Positions 45,756 to 56,583 of a stretch of 64,000 nt of DNA are shown here, in pieces. The notes under the pieces were generated by a model. It was not told where the DNA came from. It saw only the letters and a list, made by a program, of their open reading frames with translations, and searched no databases. Location: IMG/VR virus record IMGVR_UViG_3300037010_001838; one strand, written 5' to 3'. Origin of the DNA: a virus. Lineage: Duplodnaviria > Caudoviricetes. Each line of letters opens with the position of its first letter. Position 1 is the first letter of the stretch. Position numbers and translations under genes: made by a program.

Positions 45756-46097
45756 ATGATAATACTCTCTATGAAAACCCACACATTACGAAAATCAAAA
45801 ACACCAGGGCGTAAAATTCTTACGTTCACGCCCGGTTTTGTAGAAACAATCGTTGAAGCCCATCCTTGGGCAGCGCGGGCCTTTATTGGTTGTGTTCTCG
45901 AAGAGATTGACGCGTCTCTTGATATGGATCAACAACTTTTATTAACAGAACGAATTAAACCAATACCCACAACATCTTACGAACAACACACGACACTACA
46001 CTGGTTACAACAAGGTATACGTGTTCTTGATACTACATTACCAGTTTTATTATCAACACTGGATTTTGCTGCAAAAAGGATCTTTGGTGAAAATTGA
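45756..46097 (+). CDS. hypothetical protein
   Basis: 113-aa ORF after a promoter. Confidence 0.5.
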   Translation: MIILSMKTHTLRKSKTPGRKILTFTPGFVETIVEAHPWAARAFIGCVLEEIDASLDMDQQLLLTERIKPIPTTSYEQHTTLHWLQQGIRVLDTTLPVLLSTLDFAAKRIFGEN

Positions 46098-46731
46098 TTT
46101 TAAAAGAACGTGCCCAATTAAGTTATTCCCAATTATTACAGTACTAAACGCATTTTCTGACAACAATTACGTTGTGGGGGGAGCGACTCGTGATTTGTTG
46201 ATGGGAAAAACTCCAAATGATTACGACATCGTTACGGATATCCCAATGAAACGGTTAATCGAACTGTTTGAAGACGGTGGATTTGAAGTGTCTTTGACTG
46301 GTGTCGCACACTTTGTGCTTAACGTCCATTTCAGTAGTTATACCGTTGAAGTCAGCAATTTCCGAAAAGATGTGGTATGTGATGGTCGCCACGCGGAAGT
46401 TGAATTGGGAACAATCGATGATGATGCTCACCGTCGCGATTTTACCGTAAACGCGTTATACATTAACACCAAAACGATGGAGCTTATTGACCCAACTGGT
46501 ATGGGGATGGACGATATTAAAACGAGAACGTTACGTTTTGTTGGAAAACCCAAAGACCGTATCAAAGAAGACTACTTGAGGGTAATCCGTTTTTACAGAT
46601 TTGTTGGCCGTGGATTTACTCCAGACCCGAAATCTTTAAAGGCTTGTCGAGAAATGTTCAACGAAGCATACACCAGTGTCGCAGCCGAACGCGTTCGGGT
46701 TGAAATTGAAAAAATCGTTGGGATTGATTAG
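46087..46731 (+). CDS. cca: class II tRNA nucleotidyltransferase (CCA-adding/poly(A) polymerase head domain)
   Basis: VVGGATRDLLMG..PNDYDIVT, DAHRRDFTVNAL, EDYLRVIRFYRF. Confidence 0.85.
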   Translation: MKIDFKRTCPIKLFPIITVLNAFSDNNYVVGGATRDLLMGKTPNDYDIVTDIPMKRLIELFEDGGFEVSLTGVAHFVLNVHFSSYTVEVSNFRKDVVCDGRHAEVELGTIDDDAHRRDFTVNALYINTKTMELIDPTGMGMDDIKTRTLRFVGKPKDRIKEDYLRVIRFYRFVGRGFTPDPKSLKACREMFNEAYTSVAAERVRVEIEKIVGID

Positions 46732-46938
46732 GAAGAATAATGAAAAAAACACAAATTTAGTATTAACCGAATAAAATGAAATGTCCTAATTGTGGAGCTG
46801 CGTTTGTTTTTAGGAACAAAAACTTAACAGTTAATACGTATACAACAGATGAACAATCTATTAATGTTATCATTAAATGTACAATCTGTTATCACAGATA
46901 TCAAATACCTATTTCAATTGACGACGGTATTGATTTAG

Positions 46939-47166
46939 ATGAAGGGAAATAAAATGGAATGTGAAGAACACCGAGAACAAGTATCAAAGTTTTTTGAACA
47001 AGATGACCCCGAGTTAGTCGGTAATCTCTCCGAAGCGTTATATGCGATGGATGAATTTGGTCTGTGGCCTGATGATGTAACTGTAAGTGAAGAACAAGCT
47101 ATTACATGTTGGGCGGTCGTGGAAAAATTACGAAAAAAGAAGTTTCCAAAAAAACTAGTAATGTAG
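46939..47166 (+). CDS. hypothetical protein
   Basis: 75-aa ORF. Confidence 0.45.
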   Translation: MKGNKMECEEHREQVSKFFEQDDPELVGNLSEALYAMDEFGLWPDDVTVSEEQAITCWAVVEKLRKKKFPKKLVM

Positions 47167-47229
47167 TCGTTGACCCTTATGTCTTCATGATGTATAATTT
47201 TATTTGATATAAAATTTGGGGTTTACATC

Positions 47230-47643
47230 ATGACGACTAATTGGGTTAAAGCAACAGGGAAACTTGTATATGAACCAAAACGTCCAGAACTTCGGAAAAC
47301 TCGCCAAAACGATGATTGGTGGTTAATCGTCGAAACGGACCCCCGTATTGCAAATTATTACAATTGGTGGGTTGAAAGAATGTGGGGGCTTCGACTTCAA
47401 CTTCCAGCGTGGAAAGCTCATGTCACAGTTCTTGATGGACGGTATCCAGTTAAGCCTGAATTTCGAAACATGTGGAAAGCTCATGCTGGTGAAATCATCA
47501 CGTTCGAATACAATGTTGAATTTGAACAACATTGGAAGTTCTTCGCACTTCCTGTTCGTAGCAAAAAATTAAACGACTATAGAAAAGAACTTGGATTCAA
47601 ACCAATTAACAATATGCATATTACTTTTGGGAGAATGGTGTGA
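47230..47643 (+). CDS. 2H-phosphoesterase-like protein
   Basis: two HxT motifs (AHVTV, MHITF) about 70 aa apart in 137 aa. Confidence 0.7.
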   Translation: MTTNWVKATGKLVYEPKRPELRKTRQNDDWWLIVETDPRIANYYNWWVERMWGLRLQLPAWKAHVTVLDGRYPVKPEFRNMWKAHAGEIITFEYNVEFEQHWKFFALPVRSKKLNDYRKELGFKPINNMHITFGRMV

Positions 47644-47793
47644 ACGACACAAAAGTTGACTTTATTACGGAAAAAGACGAAAATAGGTGGAGGGTCGTAT
47701 TATCTACAAAGAACGATATTACGCTTTACCTATAGATGTTGTGCTTGACTACAAAAGGTTGAAAGATAAAGAACTTAAAGAATTGGAGAATAA

Positions 47794-49938
47794 ATGAAAC
47801 AGGAAGTAATTCAGAAAACTGTTGAACGTGGTGGCAATTTTACTGAAAAAGCTTTTACTATTAAAGCTGACGCTAAAATGTTTAACCTTTTATCAGATAA
47901 AATATATGCCGATAAAACAGGAGCTGTAATACGAGAGCTTGCAAGTAACGCAAAAGATGCTCATACAGTAGCAGGAAAAGAAAATATTCCTTTTGACATT
48001 CATGTTCCGAATGAAATGTATCCTCACTTCTCTGTTCGTGATTATGGAAAAGGTTTAACTCACACGGAAATGTTTGACATCTATACTACATATTCGGAGA
48101 GTACTAAAAATTTATCCAACAGAGAAATTGGAGCTTTTGGGGTTGGTGCGAAGAGTCCGTTTGCGTATACAGATAATTTTACAATCGTGTCCCGAATCGA
48201 ACAATTTAAACGAACATACACTGCTTATATTGGCGAAGAAGGAATCCCAGTTCTTGCTCTAATAAACGAAGAACCGAGTGACGAACCTTCTGGTTTGGAA
48301 GTAATCGTTCCAATTAAACAATACGATTTTAAAGTATTTCAACTCAAGGTTTTTTCTGTATTACAATATTTTACTCCTTTACCAAACATAAAGGGACTTG
48401 CACCTGAACGAGTTGTGTTCGACAGTCATGAATATCTTATAAGAGGAACAAACTGGGGATTGAGAACAAAACGATTTGGAGGTCCACGAGTAATTCAAGG
48501 TGGGGTTTTTTACCCAGTTAATTTTAATTCAGTATACAAACAAGATATTCCAGACTGTGTTAGCTCACTGATAAATTCTCCAATAGATTTCTATTTTGAT
48601 ATGTTTGATGATAACAATGAACGTGGAAATCTAGACGTTGCATTGTCACGTGAAGCACTTTCTTATGATGCTTACACGTGTGAACAATTAAAAAAGACTC
48701 TCGTTTCAACTCGAAATGAAATTATCGACAAAATGGTTAAAGATTTAGACACTCTACCCACCTATTGGGAAGCCTGCAAACAGTTCACTACACTTTTCCG
48801 TTCGTTTGGAAGCATTCTCCCCCACGACTTAAAATGGAAAAATGGTAAAGCATTAGATGTTCAGTTTGATTTTAAACAATCTTTAACTATAAAGACACAT
48901 ATTACAATAAAAGTGTTTGCAAACCGACGAGGACACCGAACTGGAAAATATTTATCAAATGAAGTACGCGGAGAATATTCCAATTCTCACTTTTTTCTTA
49001 ATAATAGTTCAAAGGGTGCGGGAATTCGAATTAAAGAACACGCAAAGAAACAACCAGGAGAACTGTATCTAATTTCTCTGGATTCGAATTCAGACGAGGC
49101 AAAACGAGCATATGATGAATTAATTGATTTACTAGGAAACCCTCCAATAAAAAACGTTGAAGAGTTGCCGCTCCCCGTTGTCACACAAACGACGAAGGTT
49201 AGAGTTGTTAATCAGCCAGGAACGATAAATTGTTATGAACGGAATGACAGAACGTGGGTTAACAAACGGGACATGTGGAATTCTGTTTCTGTTGATATAA
49301 AGGATGGTGGGCATTATGTTGAACTAGATAGGTTTGGTGTTGTAATCAAAGATTCTGGTTCAACAGCTAACATTGATGACCTAGTGCAATTAATGTCACG
49401 CCTTAACCTCATTAAACCAAACATAACAGTCTATGGTGTAGGGCCAAGAGTTTTGAAACAACTCAAGAAAGAAAAAAATTGGGTCAATTTAGTCGAATTA
49501 GCCCAACGATCTTGTGAAGATCCAAGTGCTAAAAAAATGATATACACCAAGATGGTGTATGATCAACTCAGGGCACAGTCACTTCCCCTACTCAAACTCT
49601 TTTTAAGACTTGGTCTTGTCGAAAAACGAAAATCTTTCAAACAGTTTTCAGTGGATATAAAGGATAAAGATGTAAAAGAATTCTTTACATCTTTATCACA
49701 AGAACATCAATATAACGATGATACAATATCTTATTGGAGCCGGTTGGGAAATATAGTTCAAGCAAAAACTGATTCAAAGGAAAATATTTATAAAGTGGGA
49801 AAATCCAAAGTAGACTTTTACCAAAAATTATGGGATAATATTATCATTAAATACCCAATATTAAAATATTTAGATTTTGAACAAATGATAGATGAGAATT
49901 TTGATACTGATTTCATACAATTCATTAACGGAGATTAA
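47794..49938 (+). CDS. rIIA: rIIA-like protein (GHKL ATPase N-terminus)
   Basis: IRELASNAKDAH, VRDYGKGL, GAFGVGAKSPFAY, SREALSYD. Confidence 0.85.
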   Translation: MKQEVIQKTVERGGNFTEKAFTIKADAKMFNLLSDKIYADKTGAVIRELASNAKDAHTVAGKENIPFDIHVPNEMYPHFSVRDYGKGLTHTEMFDIYTTYSESTKNLSNREIGAFGVGAKSPFAYTDNFTIVSRIEQFKRTYTAYIGEEGIPVLALINEEPSDEPSGLEVIVPIKQYDFKVFQLKVFSVLQYFTPLPNIKGLAPERVVFDSHEYLIRGTNWGLRTKRFGGPRVIQGGVFYPVNFNSVYKQDIPDCVSSLINSPIDFYFDMFDDNNERGNLDVALSREALSYDAYTCEQLKKTLVSTRNEIIDKMVKDLDTLPTYWEACKQFTTLFRSFGSILPHDLKWKNGKALDVQFDFKQSLTIKTHITIKVFANRRGHRTGKYLSNEVRGEYSNSHFFLNNSSKGAGIRIKEHAKKQPGELYLISLDSNSDEAKRAYDELIDLLGNPPIKNVEELPLPVVTQTTKVRVVNQPGTINCYERNDRTWVNKRDMWNSVSVDIKDGGHYVELDRFGVVIKDSGSTANIDDLVQLMSRLNLIKPNITVYGVGPRVLKQLKKEKNWVNLVELAQRSCEDPSAKKMIYTKMVYDQLRAQSLPLLKLFLRLGLVEKRKSFKQFSVDIKDKDVKEFFTSLSQEHQYNDDTISYWSRLGNIVQAKTDSKENIYKVGKSKVDFYQKLWDNIIIKYPILKYLDFEQMIDENFDTDFIQFINGD

Positions 49939-49940
49939 AA

Positions 49941-50927
49941 ATGGCTTACCCTTATATTATGACAGACACGTTTATATCAATTACGATTGATTCAAAAGCG
50001 TACACAATTGACCAGACTCACCGGAATTTCACTGAAGTCTATAACGCTATTCGCAACCAAGATTGGGAAAACATTGAATCACTTCTTAATATCAAACCTT
50101 GGTTTGATAGACAAATGAACCAACAACAAAATAATTTATTTGACATAGATTTTGACTACGAAGTCGTTACGTATGGTGGTAAAACGATTCACAATACACT
50201 CACTTCCCGAATTTTTAAAATGTGGAAAGATGGTTTTGATGTTAAACCAATGGTGGAGTTTTTAGCAAATTTATTACAAAATCCGAGTTCAACGGCCGTT
50301 AATGAATTATATGATTTTTTGGAATCTGGAAATATGCCAATTACTGAAGATGGTTGTTTTCTTGCTTACAAAAAAGTTGGATTAGATTATAAAGATATAT
50401 ACTCTGGAACTTTTGACAATTCTGTAGGAAGTATATGTGAGATGCCAAGGAACCAAGTTGACGACAATCGAAATAATACCTGCTCAAAAGGATTACACTT
50501 CTGTTCTCAATCATACCTCGAAAATTACGGTGGTAATCCTAATTATACAAGAGTTGTTTTAGTTAAAATCAACCCAGCAGATGTCGTATCTATTCCGAGG
50601 GACTACAACAACACTAAAGGACGTTGTTGGAAATATGAAGTTTATGGAGAAGTTGATTCTGTAACAGCCCACAAACAAGATGTTTTTGAACAAAGTGTGT
50701 ATCCAACTAAACAATCTGGAGACCGTATAGATATTAAACAAATTGAAAACAAACTGAATAATTTAACCAATGGTGAACTTGTTAAATTGTTCAACAACTT
50801 AACCTATTCACATTTGGTGAAATTTAGAGATAAAGCAACTGGTATTAAAAGAATACTGCGCTGGGTGGAACTTGAAAACGAATCTTCCTCGCGAGTTGAG
50901 ACGTTAAAGCAATATCTGGACTTATAA
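49941..50927 (+). CDS. rIIB: rIIB-like protein
   Basis: NPSSTAVNELYDF, ITEDGCFLAYK, CSKGLHFC, VKINPADVVSIP. Confidence 0.9.
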   Translation: MAYPYIMTDTFISITIDSKAYTIDQTHRNFTEVYNAIRNQDWENIESLLNIKPWFDRQMNQQQNNLFDIDFDYEVVTYGGKTIHNTLTSRIFKMWKDGFDVKPMVEFLANLLQNPSSTAVNELYDFLESGNMPITEDGCFLAYKKVGLDYKDIYSGTFDNSVGSICEMPRNQVDDNRNNTCSKGLHFCSQSYLENYGGNPNYTRVVLVKINPADVVSIPRDYNNTKGRCWKYEVYGEVDSVTAHKQDVFEQSVYPTKQSGDRIDIKQIENKLNNLTNGELVKLFNNLTYSHLVKFRDKATGIKRILRWVELENESSSRVETLKQYLDL

Positions 50928-50998
50928 TTCGGTTGACTTTTTAAGGTAAAGTGAGATAATGGGGTTATTAACCCCATTTTCTATTAGGAGATTGAAAA

Positions 50999-51493
50999 AT
51001 GAAAAGTATTCTATTAAGCGTGTTGTTACTGTCGAGTAGTTTGTGTTATGCGGAAACAGAATACGTTCACGTTCTCGCCTCAAAACCTCAATTTGGAACT
51101 ACAGGTATGAGACAAGTATGCGTCAACGATTATCAAACAGGAAAAGCACCACAACAATACATCCAACAAAATTCAAATATTGGAGCAGTTCTTGGAGCAA
51201 TTGCTGGTGGTGTTATTGGACACTCAATTGGTGGAGGTAGTGGAAAATTGATTGCAACGGGTGTTGGTGCTGCCGTTGGAACAGTCACTGGGCAAGAACT
51301 GGCAAGTCCACAAACTCCTTACTCACCCCAACCAGTTGTTCATTGTAACATGATTCCTGGAGATACAGTTATTATTGGTTATGTGCTAACAGTTCGTTCA
51401 CATGGGAAATTAAATACAGTTACATCTACAGAAAATATTCCAGTTGGTTCTCTTATTCCCGTCGAAACCAGTCTTTCCTTATCAACAAATTAA
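50999..51493 (+). CDS. exported glycine-zipper protein
   Basis: signal peptide; GAVLGAIAGGVIGHSIGGGSG zipper. Confidence 0.8.
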   Translation: MKSILLSVLLLSSSLCYAETEYVHVLASKPQFGTTGMRQVCVNDYQTGKAPQQYIQQNSNIGAVLGAIAGGVIGHSIGGGSGKLIATGVGAAVGTVTGQELASPQTPYSPQPVVHCNMIPGDTVIIGYVLTVRSHGKLNTVTSTENIPVGSLIPVETSLSLSTN

Positions 51494-51548
51494 TAGTTGA
51501 ATTTTTATTCAAAATCCCATATAATATCTAAAATGTAAAGGATATTAT

Positions 51549-51953
51549 ATGGGAATAAAATCATTCATCTATGTAAAAACTCAAAAAGAAGGAATACACT
51601 GTTATCCAGCAGCGTTAACAGATCCTTTACTCAATACAAAGGATGACCCCGAGAATGCTTGGAAAGATGTAAGTTTTTTAGGACACTTACATAGGCACAT
51701 TTTCCATATTGAAGTAACCATAGAAGTTTACCACGCAGACAGAGATATCGAATTTATCCAATTTAAACGTTGGATTGAAAGACTTTATGACCAGAAAACA
51801 CTTGATTTGGATTATAAAAGTTGTGAGATGCTCGCCCACGAATTACTAAAACATATTCAAAATGAGTACGGATTTGATCGAACCGTGCATGTTAATGTAA
51901 GTGAAGATAACGAAAATGGGGCAATTATTAAATACGTTCGAGACTCCATATAA
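51549..51953 (+). CDS. QueD-like T-fold protein
   Basis: EGIHCYP, HLHRHIFH, DRDIEFIQFK, SCEMLA, VSEDNENG. Confidence 0.6.
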   Translation: MGIKSFIYVKTQKEGIHCYPAALTDPLLNTKDDPENAWKDVSFLGHLHRHIFHIEVTIEVYHADRDIEFIQFKRWIERLYDQKTLDLDYKSCEMLAHELLKHIQNEYGFDRTVHVNVSEDNENGAIIKYVRDSI

Positions 51954-51962
51954 GGATTATAC

Positions 51963-52817
51963 ATGAAAAAACAATTAAAAGATTACACCCCATCATTCTG
52001 TTTTATAGCTCCAACTAATTATATTGAAATGTCAGCTTTGTCATCTACACATTTGGTGTTAGCTCATCTCGTAGAAAAAGACAAAACGTATGCATCAATC
52101 TACAAAAATTTCAGTGAATCAGACGACTTAATTATCATGGACAACTCAGCCTATGAACTCAAAGAACCATATTCACCTGAAAAATTAATTGAATTGGGAC
52201 ACGAGTGTGGGGCTGATGTTATAGTTCTTCCAGATTATCCTTTTCAACATTCATCGAAAACGATTGATGCTGCAAGAGAATTTATTCCATTATTCAAAGA
52301 TGCTGGATTTGGAACTTTCTTCGTTCCACAATCTGTAACCGGAGATACGGTGGATTGGATTGCCTCATACGATTGGGCTGCTAACAATTCCGATGTTGAC
52401 ATTATTGGAATGTCTATTCTTGGTGTTCCAAACGCTATTCCTTGGTGTGACCCATCTTACTCAAGAGTCGTAATGACTCAAATGTTGATTGACAGAGGGT
52501 TGTTTAATTTCAACAAACACCACCATTATCTTGGATTAAATTCTGGACCAGCATTGGAAATTCCCACACTAATGAGAATGCAAGCATTAGATACGATTGA
52601 TTCGTCTGGACCTGTGTGGGCTGCAATTCTCGGTCATGAATATACAACAAATTCCGATAGTTATATGGCAACAAAGAAGTTAAAGATGCCTGTTAAATTT
52701 GATTATCCTTTAACAAAAGACAAAGAAACTTTAAAAAGAATTGAACATAATGTAAAAATGACTATTGATTTATTTGATACAGTGCAAGACAGTGCAGTTT
52801 GGTATGCACAAGAATGA
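51963..52817 (+). CDS. TGT/DpdA-like TIM-barrel protein (tentative)
   Basis: IIMDNSAYE (DSG-like), VLPD, HYLG, TIDSS motifs. Confidence 0.45.
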   Translation: MKKQLKDYTPSFCFIAPTNYIEMSALSSTHLVLAHLVEKDKTYASIYKNFSESDDLIIMDNSAYELKEPYSPEKLIELGHECGADVIVLPDYPFQHSSKTIDAAREFIPLFKDAGFGTFFVPQSVTGDTVDWIASYDWAANNSDVDIIGMSILGVPNAIPWCDPSYSRVVMTQMLIDRGLFNFNKHHHYLGLNSGPALEIPTLMRMQALDTIDSSGPVWAAILGHEYTTNSDSYMATKKLKMPVKFDYPLTKDKETLKRIEHNVKMTIDLFDTVQDSAVWYAQE

Positions 52818-52820
52818 TAT

Positions 52821-52983
52821 GTGTGGTTTAACTGCATTTGGTATTTCTTTGGTATTCGGGAGTGTGGGGTTCTTTGGGTTGTATGGTGGGCCGTTAAATG
52901 CAGAAACGTCAGTTGTGTATGCTTTAGGGGTCTTTCTTGGATCTATAAGTATGTGGACACTTATGACCTGGATTCGAGAATAA
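52821..52983 (+). CDS. small membrane protein
   Basis: two hydrophobic helices; start approximate. Confidence 0.4.
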
Positions 52984-53047
52984 TAAGTACTAGAATAATA
53001 AAAAGGTTCACAGAAGTATAATAACAATAATAAAAAGGAGTTAAGTT

Positions 53048-53563
53048 ATGAGTATGGTTCATGCTGCATCATCAAAAAGTAAAACGGAATTAACAAATTT
53101 AGACGCAGATTGTATTCAACAAAACGCTGTTGATCTTCGATTGAAAACAGTTCGCCGAATCAAGCCGACGTTATTCGTAATTGACGAAGAATCAAAAATA
53201 CATCGTGAGACAGAAGAAGTAGCGTTGGATGAAGAAGGTTATTGGTTTCTTGAACCTGGAACTTACGAAATTACAACCAATCATATTATCAAAATGGGTG
53301 AAACAGAAGCCGGTTTTGTTATTACACGATCAACACTAAACCGTAATGGTGTATTCATTACATCAGGAAATTATGATAGTGGGTACAATGGTTCAATGGC
53401 TGGATGTTTACATGTTCATGGTGGACCAATGAAGATTAAACCGGGAACAAGAGTAGGTCAAATGCTATTATGGGAAGCAGAAGCACTATCTCAATATAAT
53501 GGAGATTACGGTTTCAACGAAGACGGAACTCCAAAAACCATGGAACAGAAATACCACAAATAA
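53048..53563 (+). CDS. dUTPase/dCTP deaminase family protein
   Basis: AVDLRL, RSTLNRNG, YDSGYNG, RVGQM. Confidence 0.85.
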   Translation: MSMVHAASSKSKTELTNLDADCIQQNAVDLRLKTVRRIKPTLFVIDEESKIHRETEEVALDEEGYWFLEPGTYEITTNHIIKMGETEAGFVITRSTLNRNGVFITSGNYDSGYNGSMAGCLHVHGGPMKIKPGTRVGQMLLWEAEALSQYNGDYGFNEDGTPKTMEQKYHK

Positions 53564-53565
53564 AT

Positions 53566-53841
53566 ATGAAATATTCAACAGCCTCCCAAACGGAAATTTT
53601 TCTCATTGCAACTCAACTTCATGATGAACTTCAACAGTTGTTATCAAAAGCTTCTGATTATTATATAGATGGGTTCAATTCGGCATTCCGAAAAGCGAAC
53701 AAAAAGCCGAATCCCCCAGAAGCTTGTCCTGATGAAGATCAAAACAGACAAGAAGAATTCATGAAAGGCTTCACGTTTGGAGTCGCTTTAAGAGCAATTA
53801 TTCGACGAAAACACATTGGAATTGTTGATGAAGATGAATGA
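53566..53841 (+). CDS. hypothetical protein
   Basis: 91-aa ORF. Confidence 0.55.
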   Translation: MKYSTASQTEIFLIATQLHDELQQLLSKASDYYIDGFNSAFRKANKKPNPPEACPDEDQNRQEEFMKGFTFGVALRAIIRRKHIGIVDEDE

Positions 53842-53904
53842 GCGTTGATTTCAACAAACATATAGTGTAATATTTAAAATATACTGACATCTGAATGATA
53901 TTAA

Positions 53905-55065
53905 ATGAGCATCTCAATTAAAATTCCCGACCAATTTTATGTAGGTTTAAAACAACAACATAAAGCCGAATCGTCTTTGCCTCTTGGATTTGCTACTCCA
54001 TACGAACCAGGAACGAAAGCATACGAAAAAAGAAAAGAGACTGTTGACAGGTGGGCAAACTTCAATACCCGGGGAACCACACCTGATTCTATAAACCCCG
54101 TTATTATTAACAACACACCTGTAGCAGGTTTTAAGATTGCAGAAAGTGTTCGCCGTGTTTATTGGGGTGGAGGGAATGTTGTTTGGAGAATCGTCGACCC
54201 TCGTGGATTCGAATTAGAAATTTCTTCGTCAAACTTTGCAAAAATCATTGACTGCACGACCATAGAAAACGGTGAAATCAAGATGGAGTGTGTTTGGGGT
54301 AGAGATAAAGCTCAAAATGTTTTACTTCCAATTAATTCAGAACCATACGAACAAGCTATAGTGAACACAAAACGTGTTAAGACGCGAGTCCCAATTAAAG
54401 ATGTTAACATCGGTGATATTATTTTACTTCACAGTGGATTAGAATGTGAATACGTCGGTGCATATAATTTGGTTTCCACAGACGAGAAATCAAGCCATAT
54501 GTCCACCACAGATTTGTGTAACGTAAAACGAAAGTTCTGTATAAAACGAATCGTTGACCCAACTAACATATGGAACTATATTAACATTAAAGAGGGTGAT
54601 CCGGTTTTTGAATTTTATTCTGATTTAAGCGTTTCAGAAATTATTACAAAAATCCAAACACCAAAGCAGCCTCCCTTAAAAGAATTAAACCTTTTTATTG
54701 AAAAAGATCGTTATACACTTGTGTATTTTATCACGGATAAACCAGTTAAGCGAAATAATATAGAAGTTATATTCCAACCCGTTGGAAAGGAACGCGTTCA
54801 AGAATTTTATGAAAAATTCCGTATTCCTATTTTTATCACAAGGCAATATTACGCTATCAAACCAGCATTTGGGTATACAGGAGCCAGATTTCAATTAGTA
54901 TCAATAAACACCACGAATGTTGAAAAAACTAAACTGGTTGTTATATCACGAGGTGTCCAAAATTATTGGGATCACAGTGAATCAAAGGACTTAAGTGTAG
55001 AAGAAATTCATCAAATTAATGTAAAAATTGGTGGAGAAATATATACTCCACACATAGGTGTATAA
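53905..55065 (+). CDS. conserved phage hypothetical protein
   Basis: PLGFATPY...WRIVDPRGFELEISSSN motif recurrent in large phages. Confidence 0.75.
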   Translation: MSISIKIPDQFYVGLKQQHKAESSLPLGFATPYEPGTKAYEKRKETVDRWANFNTRGTTPDSINPVIINNTPVAGFKIAESVRRVYWGGGNVVWRIVDPRGFELEISSSNFAKIIDCTTIENGEIKMECVWGRDKAQNVLLPINSEPYEQAIVNTKRVKTRVPIKDVNIGDIILLHSGLECEYVGAYNLVSTDEKSSHMSTTDLCNVKRKFCIKRIVDPTNIWNYINIKEGDPVFEFYSDLSVSEIITKIQTPKQPPLKELNLFIEKDRYTLVYFITDKPVKRNNIEVIFQPVGKERVQEFYEKFRIPIFITRQYYAIKPAFGYTGARFQLVSINTTNVEKTKLVVISRGVQNYWDHSESKDLSVEEIHQINVKIGGEIYTPHIGV

Positions 55066-55083
55066 TTATAAAGGACACAAGGA

Positions 55084-55698
55084 ATGAGTAACGCATCAAC
55101 AAAAGGATATTTTGGAAAAGTTCTTGCAATGGACTGTGAAACAAGTGGGTTAGCTGTTAATAGCGATGACCCGTCAATAGGCTATCAAGCTGTGTCTTGG
55201 GGATTGGTAGTAGCAGATGCTTCCACGCTGAAACAAATTGACGAACTCTATGTTGAAATCAAGTGGAATGGTGAATCAAAGTGGGACAAAAAGGCGGAAG
55301 CCGTTCACGGTTTAACGAAACAACATTTAGATACTTTCGGACTATCCGAAGAAGATGCACTTGTTCAAATTGCAAATTTCGTTTATAAACATTGGGACCC
55401 CAAATCCGAATTCAGTTCTCAGCGATCTGTTAGATGTTTGGGGCATAATGTAGCTACATTTGATATTTGGTTTATGCGTCAACTATTCCGAAAATTTGAT
55501 CTTGAATTTAAAAGTGGAAACAGGTTTATTGATACCAGTACAGTGGGATGGACAGTATTTGATTGCTTTAATTCTGATGACGTGTTTGAACTTGTAGGTG
55601 TTCAAAGAGCAGCACACAACGCTCTTGAAGATGCAAAAGCTTCACTGGCTGTAGTGAGAACAGCAAAAACACTATGTAGATCATTTTTGGAAGATTAA
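55084..55698 (+). CDS. DEDDh 3'-5' exonuclease
   Basis: MDCETSG, GHNVATFD, HNALEDA. Confidence 0.9.
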   Translation: MSNASTKGYFGKVLAMDCETSGLAVNSDDPSIGYQAVSWGLVVADASTLKQIDELYVEIKWNGESKWDKKAEAVHGLTKQHLDTFGLSEEDALVQIANFVYKHWDPKSEFSSQRSVRCLGHNVATFDIWFMRQLFRKFDLEFKSGNRFIDTSTVGWTVFDCFNSDDVFELVGVQRAAHNALEDAKASLAVVRTAKTLCRSFLED

Positions 55699-55701
55699 CA
55701 A

Positions 55702-56277
55702 ATGGAAAAAATGTATCAAGATAAAAAAACTGGGAACTGTACTTTGGTTAATGATGGTAAGTATGAAGGTGCATTGGCATATCACAAAAGAAAACAGAAT
55801 GAAAATGTACCTTTAATTCTATCTCATCCAACATATGATTACATTCACGCATTAAGTATTAAAATATGGGATGATATTCAAACACAAAAAACGAATTTTG
55901 ATTTGATTGTTGGGTTATCAAGAGGAGGACTACTTCCAGGTGTTATAATTTCTCATCAATTTGATATCCCATTTAAACCATTGGAATACTCATCAAAAAA
56001 AGGACAAGGTGGAAAACAGTCGTTAAATAATATACCAAAATGGATATTACACAATAAATATAATCTCAAACCAACAAAAGTTCTTCTGGTTGATGATATT
56101 GTTGATAGTGGACACACGTTTAAAGAAATCGTTGATATTTTAAAGTCACAAAAATTTGAAGTTACTACAGCTGCTTTGTATCATAAAGAATCAGCAATAT
56201 TCGCCCCAGATTATGTAGGACACATAATCCCCAAAGATTTTGGATGGGTGGTATTTCCATTCGAAAAAGAAGTTTAA
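55702..56277 (+). CDS. purine phosphoribosyltransferase-like
   Basis: VGLSRGGLLPG, LLVDDIVDSGHT, WVVFPFE. Confidence 0.9.
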   Translation: MEKMYQDKKTGNCTLVNDGKYEGALAYHKRKQNENVPLILSHPTYDYIHALSIKIWDDIQTQKTNFDLIVGLSRGGLLPGVIISHQFDIPFKPLEYSSKKGQGGKQSLNNIPKWILHNKYNLKPTKVLLVDDIVDSGHTFKEIVDILKSQKFEVTTAALYHKESAIFAPDYVGHIIPKDFGWVVFPFEKEV

Positions 56278-56299
56278 CAACTAATAAAAAGGAAACAGT

Positions 56300-56509
56300 A
56301 TGAAAGTTTATGTAAAAGAAAATGAAAACATCGATCGCGCCATTCAACGTTTTAAGAGAGTTGTAGATCAATCTGGTTTACTCAAAGAACTTCGAGCGAG
56401 AGAATCTTATGAAAAACCAACAGTTGAACGTAAACGAAAAAAAGCGGCGGCGGTAAGCAGACAACTTCGTGAACTCCAAAAACACCAGTTAATCAAAAAA
56501 TTGTATTGA
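56300..56509 (+). CDS. rpsU: ribosomal protein bS21
   Basis: AIQRFKR...[24 protein letters not shown]. Confidence 0.95.
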   Translation: MKVYVKENENIDRAIQRFKRVVDQSGLLKELRARESYEKPTVERKRKKAAAVSRQLRELQKHQLIKKLY

Positions 56510-56583
56510 TGTTTCACAAAATAATGAAATCCCTGAAGGGATTTCATTATTTTCATAAATAATTTTAATATTGGGGTTATTAT

